A stretch of 17,137 nucleotides of DNA from an uncultured Methanosarcinales archaeon. GTDB lineage: Archaea > Nanobdellota > Nanobdellia > Woesearchaeales > CAZYIM01. Positions 1-7,322 of the stretch are shown here, piece after piece. The notes beneath the pieces were generated by a model. That model was not told the origin of the DNA. It saw only the letters and a list, made by a program, of their open reading frames with translations, and made no database searches. Numbering within the stretch: the stretch's first letter is position 1; the number at the start of each line of letters is the position of its first letter. The DNA is taken from contig CAZYIM010000029.1 of the NCBI GenBank assembly GCA_964647565.1, forward strand, positions 1-17,137, read 5' to 3'. The position numbers and the translations under genes are program-made.

Positions 1-516
1 GCAGAGGACGAGTTAAAAAACATAAAGACAGTGCTAATCCCTTGCGCTTTGGTCGGATGCAGGGACAATAACAATGATTTTAACATTCTAGTCGAACTTA
101 TCAACGGACAGATTGTGACAGAAAAAGACAAGCTGCAGTTTAAAAGACTCCCTGAGATGAAAAAACTGAACAGGAAAAAGATGAGTATATTGAAGCTCTT
201 ATTCAAAGAAAACAAGGTCAATCTGCTGGCTCTCAAGGAAAATCTTGGAGATGTGGAAAAAGAAATCGATGATCTGATCAACAACAACTATCTTGTTAAA
301 GAAGAAAACACCTTATCCATGTCTGATCAGTATATATTCTCAAAACTATCCCTCGCAGCCAATTTTGACAAGATAAATTTTTCTAAAATCAGGTTTGATC
401 ATAAAAAGCAGCCTGCTGTCAAGTGGGAAGCGTTAAAGGACGAACTGTCGAAATTTACCACTGTTATTGATAAGGCAGATTGTTTTTTAGTCCATCATAC
501 CCCTGAATTTGAATAA
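1..516 (+). CDS. Hypothetical protein, C-terminal part (5'-truncated by window edge); possible winged-helix-like segment
   Basis: Frame is open from base 1 (AEDELKNIKTVLIPC...) to TAA at 514-516. The segment KMSILKLLFKENKVNLLALKENLGDVEKEIDDLINNNYLVKEE looks wHTH-like. No family recognised. Confidence 0.6.
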   Translation, partial: AEDELKNIKTVLIPCALVGCRDNNNDFNILVELINGQIVTEKDKLQFKRLPEMKKLNRKKMSILKLLFKENKVNLLALKENLGDVEKEIDDLINNNYLVKEENTLSMSDQYIFSKLSLAANFDKINFSKIRFDHKKQPAVKWEALKDELSKFTTVIDKADCFLVHHTPEFE

Positions 517-520
517 AGCC

Positions 521-533
521 AAAGATTTAAAAA
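521..533 (+). promoter_or_regulatory. BRE/TATA promoter of mscS (probably leaderless)
   Basis: AAAGATTTAAAAA starts 36 nt before ATG 557. The identical 13-mer at 2603-2615 starts 35 nt before ATG 2638. Confidence 0.6.
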
Positions 534-556
534 TCATCTTCATTTCTACTACCTCT

Positions 557-1135
557 ATGGGCGCTATAAACTCGTCGTTGGACAGCCTGAATTATGTATG
601 GCAGACCATAAATCCAATACTAAACAGGCTAGTCGTAGCTGTAATCATATTATTCCTTGGTTTCATAGTCGGTAAGATCATCGGCAAACTGATAGAGAGA
701 GGGTTAAAGGAGGTCTCACTTGATAAGGGATTGAAGAAGGCCATCAACCTGAAGGTCTCTCTTGAAAAAGGCATCTCTTCATTTGCATCTTTTTTCATCT
801 ATCTGGTTGCAATCATCATGGCCTTAGACAGCCTCGGCCTGACCTCATCTGTTTTGATAATGATATCTGCAGCTATAATTGTAGTTATTGTAATCTCATT
901 TATACTTGCAATAAAGGACTATGTACCTAATATCATAGCAGGCATCAGGATAAAGAACAAAGGTTTCATCGAGATAGGGGATTATGTGAAAGTAAAGGAT
1001 ATCGAAGGAAGGGTAATTAAAGTCAACCTCAATGAGACTGAACTAGAGACTAAGAACAAAGATATCATATTTGTACCTAATTCTATGTTTGTAAAAGAAG
1101 AAGTCTATAAGAGAAAGCGAAAGAAAACGTCTTAG
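557..1135 (+). CDS. mscS: Small-conductance mechanosensitive channel family protein
   Basis: Three hydrophobic helices, then KDYVPNIIAGI and FIEIGDYVKV.DIEGRVIKVNL.ETELET...IFVPNS, the typical MscS beta domain. ATG 557 chosen from promoter position. Confidence 0.9.
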   Translation: MGAINSSLDSLNYVWQTINPILNRLVVAVIILFLGFIVGKIIGKLIERGLKEVSLDKGLKKAINLKVSLEKGISSFASFFIYLVAIIMALDSLGLTSSVLIMISAAIIVVIVISFILAIKDYVPNIIAGIRIKNKGFIEIGDYVKVKDIEGRVIKVNLNETELETKNKDIIFVPNSMFVKEEVYKRKRKKTS

Positions 1136-1377
1136 CTATGCAATGATTCTAGCATGCTGGCAATATTCCAAAGTTGTGTTCTGACAAAGGGCTGGAGATT
1201 TATATCATTTGAGAGCTCATCGAGTTCATGAAGAGATTTATTTACCTTCAGTAAAAGATCTCCTTCTTGTTTAAGTTCGTCAATCAGAATAGAAAGTTTG
1301 CCCTTGACATTCTTGGGAACAGTATTATCCTCCAAAAGCAGTTCCAGGGATTCAACAACATCTTGTATCTCTGTCAT
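1132..1377 (-). CDS. UPF0147 family protein
   Basis: 81 aa with LEDNTVPKNVK and LDELSNDINLQPFVRTQLWNIASMLE, characteristic of archaeal UPF0147. AGGTG SD upstream. Confidence 0.88.
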   Translation of the reverse strand: MTEIQDVVESLELLLEDNTVPKNVKGKLSILIDELKQEGDLLLKVNKSLHELDELSNDINLQPFVRTQLWNIASMLESLHS

Positions 1378-1390
1378 TTAAAACACCTGG

Positions 1391-1720
1391 CTACTTTTTG
1401 GTATCAAGATTCTTCATAATCTCGTTCTTGATCTTATCTGCCTGCTCTTTAAGCTTAGATTCCTGGTTCTCAAGTGACTTAACCCGAAGCTCGAGCTTCT
1501 CCTTCTTTTCATTAAGCTCTTTCTTAAGGTCATCCTTGTCTACAGATACCATAATTCCACCTATGATCTTATAAGCTTCTTCAGTAGATCCAATCTCTTT
1601 TAAAGCAGATTCAGCCTCAATAAGCTGGGTCTGAAATTGCTGTTTTTGAACGAGGAAGGTCTGCATGTTCTGCTCCATTAGCTGAAGCTGGTTGATTTTT
1701 TCCTCTGTTTCTTTTTCCAT
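1391..1720 (-). CDS. pfdB: Prefoldin subunit beta
   Basis: Coiled-coil, beta-hairpin (EAYKIIGGIMV), coiled-coil. Conserved position after pcc1. Confidence 0.93.
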   Translation of the reverse strand: MEKETEEKINQLQLMEQNMQTFLVQKQQFQTQLIEAESALKEIGSTEEAYKIIGGIMVSVDKDDLKKELNEKKEKLELRVKSLENQESKLKEQADKIKNEIMKNLDTKK

Positions 1721-1721
1721 T

Positions 1722-1949
1722 TTAAACACTCTTCATATTTTCATAAACTGTAAGTAGTTTGGTTATTGAGTTTAGAGTTGCTCTCAAAGCAACTGAATCA
1801 TCAGCAACAATATCAAAAACAAGCTCACCCTCGTCTTTTACCAGGGTGTATGAAGACCTGCTCTTTTTAGCATCTTTTAACTCAGGTAAGAACAGTTTTT
1901 CGATTTTAGCTATGTCTTTATCGACAATAATCTTTGCACAAAGTTTCAT
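1722..1949 (-). CDS. pcc1: KEOPS complex subunit Pcc1
   Basis: 75 aa with RSSY...L.FDIVADDSVALRATLNSITKLL. Syntenic between rpoP and pfdB. ATGA overlap with the rpoP stop. Confidence 0.88.
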   Translation of the reverse strand: MKLCAKIIVDKDIAKIEKLFLPELKDAKKSRSSYTLVKDEGELVFDIVADDSVALRATLNSITKLLTVYENMKSV

Positions 1950-2083
1950 CTTGCCTTAACTTGGGTAAGCACGCTTCTCTCCTTGAAGAGCAACTTTGAA
2001 CCACAATAGATGCATCTGACCTTCTTCCTGACTTGATCGTCGGATATTTCCTTGTTGCACATGAAACATTTGTAGGATGTCAT
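1946..2083 (-). CDS. rpoP: DNA-directed RNA polymerase subunit P (Rpo12); not in the ORF track
   Basis: Manual translation MTSYKCFMCNKEISDDQVRKKVRCIYCGSKLLFKERSVLTQVKAR* (45 aa, C4 zinc ribbon). TAATG overlap with the rpl37ae stop; GAGGAGGT SD. Confidence 0.93.
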   Translation of the reverse strand: MTSYKCFMCNKEISDDQVRKKVRCIYCGSKLLFKERSVLTQVKAR

Positions 2084-2334
2084 TATACCTCCTCAACGGC
2101 AGCTGTAATAGCAGGTTTTTTACCTACTGTATAAGCCTTTCCTGCGAATTTAACCTTGCATTTTTGGCATTGCCAAATACCTACGGCTAATCTTTTAACC
2201 TTGACATTGTTGCAGTAAGGACACTTATGTAGTTTCCTCTGTTCAACTTCAATTTTGCCTACTCGTTCTCGTATGGATCTACCGTATCTTGAACCAAATC
2301 TTTTGGTAGAACCGTATTTGGCTGATTTTGCCAT
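2083..2334 (-). CDS. rpl37ae: 50S ribosomal protein L37ae (eL43)
   Basis: RFGSRYG, CPYC...VKRLAVGIWQCQKC...FAGKAY motifs. GAGGT SD upstream. Confidence 0.96.
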   Translation of the reverse strand: MAKSAKYGSTKRFGSRYGRSIRERVGKIEVEQRKLHKCPYCNNVKVKRLAVGIWQCQKCKVKFAGKAYTVGKKPAITAAVEEV

Positions 2335-2367
2335 TATTATTACCTCTTGTTCCTGGAATTTGATGTG

Positions 2368-2375
2368 TATTTAAA
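2368..2375 (-). promoter_or_regulatory. TATA box of the rpl37ae operon
   Basis: TTTAAATA on the minus strand, about 33 nt upstream of the rpl37ae ATG. Confidence 0.55.
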
Positions 2376-2391
2376 AATATTACTATAAAAA

Positions 2392-2521
2392 TGGGGCCGC
2401 CCAGACTCTCAAGGCTCGAGATGTTCTCAAAGCCATTTGAACTGGGGTCGTAAGGTCCCAAACCTTAAATGATAGTTGCTCGAAAGGATTGCTCCTGTTC
2501 TCCAAGCTACACTACGGCCCC
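2392..2521 (-). tRNA. tRNA-Pro(TGG) with two non-canonical introns (D-loop ~19/20, 2476-2501; T-loop 59/60, 2406-2435); CCA not encoded
   Basis: Acceptor stem GGGGCCG/CGGCCCC-A; anticodon arm TAAGG-TTTGGGA-CCTTA; T arm CCCAG-TTCAAA|T-CTGGG; D arm GTGTAGCTTGG|CTATCAT after removing the two inserts. Both inserts form BHB-like junctions. A T-run follows the 3' end. Confidence 0.92.
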
Positions 2522-2546
2522 GGGTATATGGTAGCAAATCCGAGTT

Positions 2547-2554
2547 TATTTAAA
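2547..2554 (-). promoter_or_regulatory. TATA box of tRNA-Pro
   Basis: TTTAAATA 25 nt upstream of tRNA G1. Confidence 0.6.
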
Positions 2555-2637
2555 AATGTTATTGAATTCAAATAGTTTTCATTTAGAAGTAGTAAAAAAA
2601 CAAAAGATTTAAAAAAGGTGTGTGTTTTGGGATCGTT

Positions 2638-3702
2638 ATGATTGATGTTACTGCATATAATGAACTGGATCAACAGATACTAGAGAACGCGAAAGTAATC
2701 AAACCGCTCTACTACTGTAATCCAACCAATCTTAAGGAACAAAAAACAGAATTTTTAGCTAATAAGATAAGAAATCCTTCATTCATTTACAAAGAGCTAG
2801 AATATGATCCAAAACAAGTTGAAGCTTCTATCAATTCCATAGAAATTCCAGATAATATTATCGGAAATATCTACCAGGATAAGAAAAATGATGAATTATC
2901 ACAGAATAAGCTAATTCTTAATAGAGGAAATAAAGATGTTGTAATGGAATCTACCATCGCAATGCACGGCATCCCCAGTTCATTGTTAGTTGAATACGCC
3001 GAGAAACTATTAAGAAAAATACCGAACATAGAGGCACCAAAAACAGTACCTGCAAAAGACATCAGGGATTCTATTAAAGAAGCATTCGAGCAATACGGCC
3101 TTGTTGACTGGACAGTCGAGTTCTCTGATAAACGGTTGACAACCATATACAATGCTGAAAAAAAAGTCACTGTCTGCAAAACAAGGTTGTTTACGGAAAT
3201 CGATCCGTCTCGACTCAAGATCCACGAGATAGGGGTCCACGCCCTCAGAGCTGCCAACGGGTATCAACAGCCTCTGAATATCTTTGCATTGGGCATACCC
3301 GGATATTTACCTACAGAAGAAGGCATGACTACCTATTTTGAGGAAGCAACAGGTAACACAAGTGAAGAAATGCTCAGAGATTATGCGGCAAGAGTGATCG
3401 CAGTCGACTCAGTATGTCAAGATCTGGATTTTCGACAGACATTCGACAGATTAAAGGATTTCGACGCAACAGATGACCAGGCATGGAATCTCTCTGTAAG
3501 AGCTCACAGAGGTGGCGGCTATATCAAGGATCATGTTTATCTTAAAGGTTATCTAAAAATCAAAGAGTTTGCAGAACAAGATGGTGATTTTAAGACTCTC
3601 TATGTCGGAAAGATTGGGATTGAAGATCTGCCCTTGGCAAAACAGTTATTGAGTGAAGGCGTTCTTAAAGAACCCAAATATCTTCCAGATTTCCTAAACT
3701 AG
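2638..3702 (+). CDS. DUF1704 family metallopeptidase (QEGLA-motif / MATCAP-like carboxypeptidase)
   Basis: HEIGVH..R..NG (HExxxH), PTEEGM, and C-terminal VRAHRGGGYIKDHVYLKG...LYVGKI match DUF1704. Promoter AAAGATTTAAAAA at 2603-2615. Confidence 0.85.
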   Translation: MIDVTAYNELDQQILENAKVIKPLYYCNPTNLKEQKTEFLANKIRNPSFIYKELEYDPKQVEASINSIEIPDNIIGNIYQDKKNDELSQNKLILNRGNKDVVMESTIAMHGIPSSLLVEYAEKLLRKIPNIEAPKTVPAKDIRDSIKEAFEQYGLVDWTVEFSDKRLTTIYNAEKKVTVCKTRLFTEIDPSRLKIHEIGVHALRAANGYQQPLNIFALGIPGYLPTEEGMTTYFEEATGNTSEEMLRDYAARVIAVDSVCQDLDFRQTFDRLKDFDATDDQAWNLSVRAHRGGGYIKDHVYLKGYLKIKEFAEQDGDFKTLYVGKIGIEDLPLAKQLLSEGVLKEPKYLPDFLN

Positions 3703-3730
3703 TTTATCCGCAATCAAGAAACAATAATTT

Positions 3731-3940
3731 CTACTGTATAATACCATCTACAAGAACATAATCAATTTTATTGTCTTTGAGAAAAACCTCTGAGATCTCC
3801 AGTTTGTCATCCTCAGGAAGATCCTTGATTATCTGCTCAAGTGCACTCTTGAGCTCCCCAATAGTCTCTGGCTTGCCAATATCATAGGTTGTGCCCATGA
3901 AGGTCTTAATATAACAGTGTTCTTTCTTGATTTCCCTCAT
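3731..3940 (-). CDS. Small acidic hypothetical protein (69 aa)
   Basis: Fills the gap between DUF429 and the convergent DUF1704 gene. Protein-like composition; TTTTTATA box about 25 nt upstream. Confidence 0.65.
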   Translation of the reverse strand: MREIKKEHCYIKTFMGTTYDIGKPETIGELKSALEQIIKDLPEDDKLEISEVFLKDNKIDYVLVDGIIQ

Positions 3941-3982
3941 AGAAAATAGGAATCCAAAAGAACTATAAAAAGATAATGGAAA

Positions 3983-4783
3983 TCAGAAGTCGCCAAGATG
4001 TTTTTGGTTCTTCTCATCCTCAAGCTGCTTCTTCATGTGCTCGAAAATAGGTGTCATTATGTAGCCTTTCTGCATGTCGCCAAGCACTGCATATGCTTCT
4101 GGATGCGCCCAACAATAATAGGCAATATAGGCGCAGAGAACTGAATCCAGAACATCTTCAAAATCCTTTAAGGCCTTAGCTCTAAGTTTTCGCACGTTCT
4201 TCCTTGTTATCTCTTTTGGCAATATTAAAGCAGGATCAGCCTTCTCCAGAGTCTTTAGGTGTTTCTGATACTTCTCAAATTCCTTCCAGCGAAACTCATA
4301 ATCCCGTTTTGGCTTGGCTTTGTATCTCAATATCCTGTCAAGCTTGAACAAAACAACAATAGATGGATGCGGAAATACTTCAAAAAACTTCCTCTTTTTT
4401 TCAAATTTATCAATGTAAGGGCTGTGCTCAAACCCTTCATCCGTCAACCGCTTGCTGATTTCCTCTCCTCTAATGGTCCCTGTCCACTGGCTCAACCGCT
4501 TTCGATTCGATGGATGGGCGCCAGCATCATACTTCCTGAACAACATGCCAGTCAAGGCCTCAGCATCCCTTCGACCTTCCTCATTCGGAACAATGAGAGG
4601 TGCGTCAATGGCAACAAAGGCATTCTGCTTCTTGACGTGCTGATTGACCAGCTTTATTATGTCGTCATCTGAAAATGCAACTGCAGAAAAAACAAGTTCA
4701 GCCTTCTTCTGGTCTCCCTTAAGCACAGCAACCCCGCTGCCGTTCCTAGTAGACCATGCCAAATCAACACCAACGAAAAACAT
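3983..4783 (-). CDS. DUF429 domain protein (predicted RNase H-fold nuclease)
   Basis: FVGVDLAWS, VAIDAPL, FEVFPHP and EDVLDSVLCAY motifs. Confidence 0.88.
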   Translation of the reverse strand: MFFVGVDLAWSTRNGSGVAVLKGDQKKAELVFSAVAFSDDDIIKLVNQHVKKQNAFVAIDAPLIVPNEEGRRDAEALTGMLFRKYDAGAHPSNRKRLSQWTGTIRGEEISKRLTDEGFEHSPYIDKFEKKRKFFEVFPHPSIVVLFKLDRILRYKAKPKRDYEFRWKEFEKYQKHLKTLEKADPALILPKEITRKNVRKLRAKALKDFEDVLDSVLCAYIAYYCWAHPEAYAVLGDMQKGYIMTPIFEHMKKQLEDEKNQKHLGDF

Positions 4784-4824
4784 AGACACGTTAAAAGCAC
4801 ACTAGTTTATTAAGTTTATTAAAA

Positions 4825-4966
4825 TAAAAAAATAACAATAATGCTTAAAAATTGCTTTGCAATTTTTGGCATCAACGCTTTCAGCTTATGATAACGACAC
4901 AGACGGCCATGCTTAACATGTCCTATTCGGCTAGCGCCTCATCTGGCCATTATTGTTCTTTTTTTA
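4825..4966 (-). repeat. Fold-back structured element E1 (18/19-bp terminal inverted repeats; three-way-junction core 4896-4948; extra hairpin 4841-4872)
   Basis: TAAAAAAAtAACAATAATG (4825-4843) is complementary to CATTATTGTTcTTTTTTTA (4948-4966). The core has the same architecture as E2. Confidence 0.75.
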
Positions 4967-4972
4967 GAAAAC

Positions 4973-7231
4973 TTATTTCTTCTTGGCTTTCTTGGGCTTT
5001 TTGGCTTTCTTAGGTTTATCACTTTTTTTGCCATTCCCATTACCTTCAATCTTTTCAGTATGCCGACATTTAGGATAACCAGAACAGCCATAGAACTTGC
5101 CGTAAACAGACGTCCTTAGCACCAACATCTTGCCGCATTTCGGACATACTTTTTCAACCTTGCCATTCTCAACTGCCTCTGCCTCTTTCTCAGCTGCAGT
5201 ATCACCAAGGTTTTTGCCCGGACATTTAGGATTGATACATACCCATTGTGGTTTTTTACCCGCGCGTATTATTGAGATGATCGGATGATTGCAATGTTCA
5301 CATATCTTGTCTGTGGCTTTCACAAATCCAGCCGCAGGTAGCTTGAAGGTTGTCTTGCATTCAGGATATTTATCGCATGCTATGAACCTTCCAAACTTTC
5401 CCTTTCGGACCATAAGAGTGCCTCCACAGCCCGGACAGGTACCAATAGTATTAGTCTTATTCTGAGTCTCATCATGGGCTTCAACTAATTCCTTGCCTAA
5501 CTCTTTTTCATGGTCTTTAAGGTGTTTTAGGATAGCTGTAAGCATGTCCTTGGCTTCTTCCACAATAACTTCTTCCTTTGTAGTCTGTTGCCTTATCGCT
5601 TCCATCTCTTCTTCAAAGTGTCGGGTCAGTTCTTCATCCACCATCTTCGGACAGAACTTCTCCATCACCTCAGTTATCATTATACCAAGATCAGTAGCTT
5701 CCATAGCCACACCCTGGACATATCCTCTTCTATGAAGTGTGTCGATGACCGCAGCCCTTGTTGACTTAGTACCTAAGTTTCTTTTTTCAAGTTCTTTGAT
5801 TATAGAAGCAGGCGTGTATCTTTTTGGAGGTTGGGTCTCTTTATCATGCTTGATAATATCATCAACCTTGACATCATCTCCTTGTTTAGCATCAGGCATG
5901 ACTTGCTCCTCGAACTGGACATGAGGGCCATAGAATTCCTGCCACCCTTCTTTGACAGTCCGAGTTCCCTTGGCAATAAAGTTCTCTGAACTCACATCAA
6001 TTGTGATCTTTATGGTTTGTCTGATCGATGGTTCTGCAAAGACAGCCATGAATCTCCTGACAATCATATCATAGAGCTTGGCCTTTTCTCCTGTTATGGC
6101 CTTAGGCTGGATGCCAGTAGGATAAATTGCAGGATGTGCAGGATCGGACTTGGTTCCCTGTCGTGGATTGAGTGGTTTGGACAAAAGCTTGCCTGCCAAT
6201 GCTTTGTAAGTTGATTGCTTCGAGATAGATGTAAGTATTTTCTTATAGCCAATAGTTGGAGGCAGTTTCTGAGAACTGGTTCTTGGATATGAGATGTAAC
6301 CAGCAATATATAACTCCTGAGCTATCTCCAGGCTCCTCTTAGGTGCTAATCGGAGATTTCTAAAAGCTTCTGTCTGAAGCTTGGTTAAATCCAAGGGAAC
6401 AGGAGGCAGCTTTTCAAATTCATTCTTGTCGACTGAAGCGACCTTACCGTCTTTACCCTTAACTTTTTCAAGAACCCCAATACAATTCGCTTCTACATCA
6501 AACTTGTCCTTCTGATGCCATGCCTCAATACTGGTTTTGTTGAGCTTACCAAGAAGCTGCAGTTGCCAATAGGGCACTGGCTTGAAGGCCTTGATATCTT
6601 TTTCCTTGTCAACAATCAGTTTCAATGCAGGTGCTTGTACTCTTCCTGAAGATAGTGTTATGTACCTATTCTGGCTCTTTACAGAAAGTGTTAATGCCCT
6701 ACTAAGATTGATACCATAAAGCCAGTCTAATATATGCCTGGTCTCTCCTGCCAATGCCTGGCCCCAATTAATAGTTGGATGGGCATGTTCAAACGCATGC
6801 ACTACATCCGGTTTGGTCAAGGTGGAGAACTTCATTCTCTTGGCGTCCTTCTGCTTACATGTAAAACGCACACAGTTGAGGCCTATGACTTCGCCTTCCC
6901 TGTCATAATCGCATGCAACAATAAAATCTTTCGCACCTTTTGCCAGTTTTTTTATTGCGTTTAAGTATTTTTTTGAATAGGATGATTTCTTGTCAACATC
7001 AGACGTTGGCACCCAATGGACATCAAAGGAAGGGTACTTAAAAGAGCGCTCTTTCTCTGCAACTGTATATAGATGGCCTACTGCCGGCACAACAACTATA
7101 TCTGTATTGCCATGAGACAGATCATAATAAGGCACTCCAAGATAGTTCTTTTTTACTGGTTTACCGTCGGCAAGTGCAACTGCGATCTTATTGGCTGCAG
7201 ACGGTTTTTCTGTTATGATAAGTGTATACAT
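4973..7231 (-). CDS. topA: DNA topoisomerase IA (archaeal TopA) with C-terminal zinc ribbons and Lys-rich tail
   Basis: TOPRIM motifs IITEKPS and ACDYDREGE, SSGRVQ, catalytic GYISYPRT, HPAIYPT, LGTKSTR, and three C4 zinc-ribbon repeats. Confidence 0.97.
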   Translation of the reverse strand: MYTLIITEKPSAANKIAVALADGKPVKKNYLGVPYYDLSHGNTDIVVVPAVGHLYTVAEKERSFKYPSFDVHWVPTSDVDKKSSYSKKYLNAIKKLAKGAKDFIVACDYDREGEVIGLNCVRFTCKQKDAKRMKFSTLTKPDVVHAFEHAHPTINWGQALAGETRHILDWLYGINLSRALTLSVKSQNRYITLSSGRVQAPALKLIVDKEKDIKAFKPVPYWQLQLLGKLNKTSIEAWHQKDKFDVEANCIGVLEKVKGKDGKVASVDKNEFEKLPPVPLDLTKLQTEAFRNLRLAPKRSLEIAQELYIAGYISYPRTSSQKLPPTIGYKKILTSISKQSTYKALAGKLLSKPLNPRQGTKSDPAHPAIYPTGIQPKAITGEKAKLYDMIVRRFMAVFAEPSIRQTIKITIDVSSENFIAKGTRTVKEGWQEFYGPHVQFEEQVMPDAKQGDDVKVDDIIKHDKETQPPKRYTPASIIKELEKRNLGTKSTRAAVIDTLHRRGYVQGVAMEATDLGIMITEVMEKFCPKMVDEELTRHFEEEMEAIRQQTTKEEVIVEEAKDMLTAILKHLKDHEKELGKELVEAHDETQNKTNTIGTCPGCGGTLMVRKGKFGRFIACDKYPECKTTFKLPAAGFVKATDKICEHCNHPIISIIRAGKKPQWVCINPKCPGKNLGDTAAEKEAEAVENGKVEKVCPKCGKMLVLRTSVYGKFYGCSGYPKCRHTEKIEGNGNGKKSDKPKKAKKPKKAKKK

Positions 7232-7292
7232 TACCTCTGAGAAAAAAAGGTTCTTTTAAAAACCTTTGCGTTGGAAGTCTGAAAATATGTCG

Positions 7293-7317
7293 AGAAAAGA
7301 AAAATAAAAGAAAAAGA
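7293..7317 (-). terminator. Oligo-pyrimidine (U-rich) archaeal terminator of the paralogue pair
   Basis: Minus strand reads TCTTTTTCTTTTATTTTTCTTTTCT just after the stop at 7323. Confidence 0.5.
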
Positions 7318-7322
7318 TTATT

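Noticed and set aside
2392..2440. tRNA 3' end as an integration (att) site for an island
   Set aside because: I found no duplicate of the tRNA 3' end and no integrase, and the 3' side abuts core genes.
2279..2461. Minus-strand 60-aa ORF
   Set aside because: Overlaps the tRNA and rpl37ae in another frame; spurious.
4896..4948. Hammerhead ribozyme resemblance (CAGATGA-stem-GAAT vs CUGAUGA-stem-GAAA)
   Set aside because: Core nucleotides deviate, CAGAT is paired with GTCTG, and the E2 copy (CGGGCGA...GAGT) conserves pairing rather than the catalytic core.
4890..4956. Canonical integron attC site
   Set aside because: No proper RYYYAAC...GTTRRRY pair and no integrase in the window. Retained only as a loose analogy.
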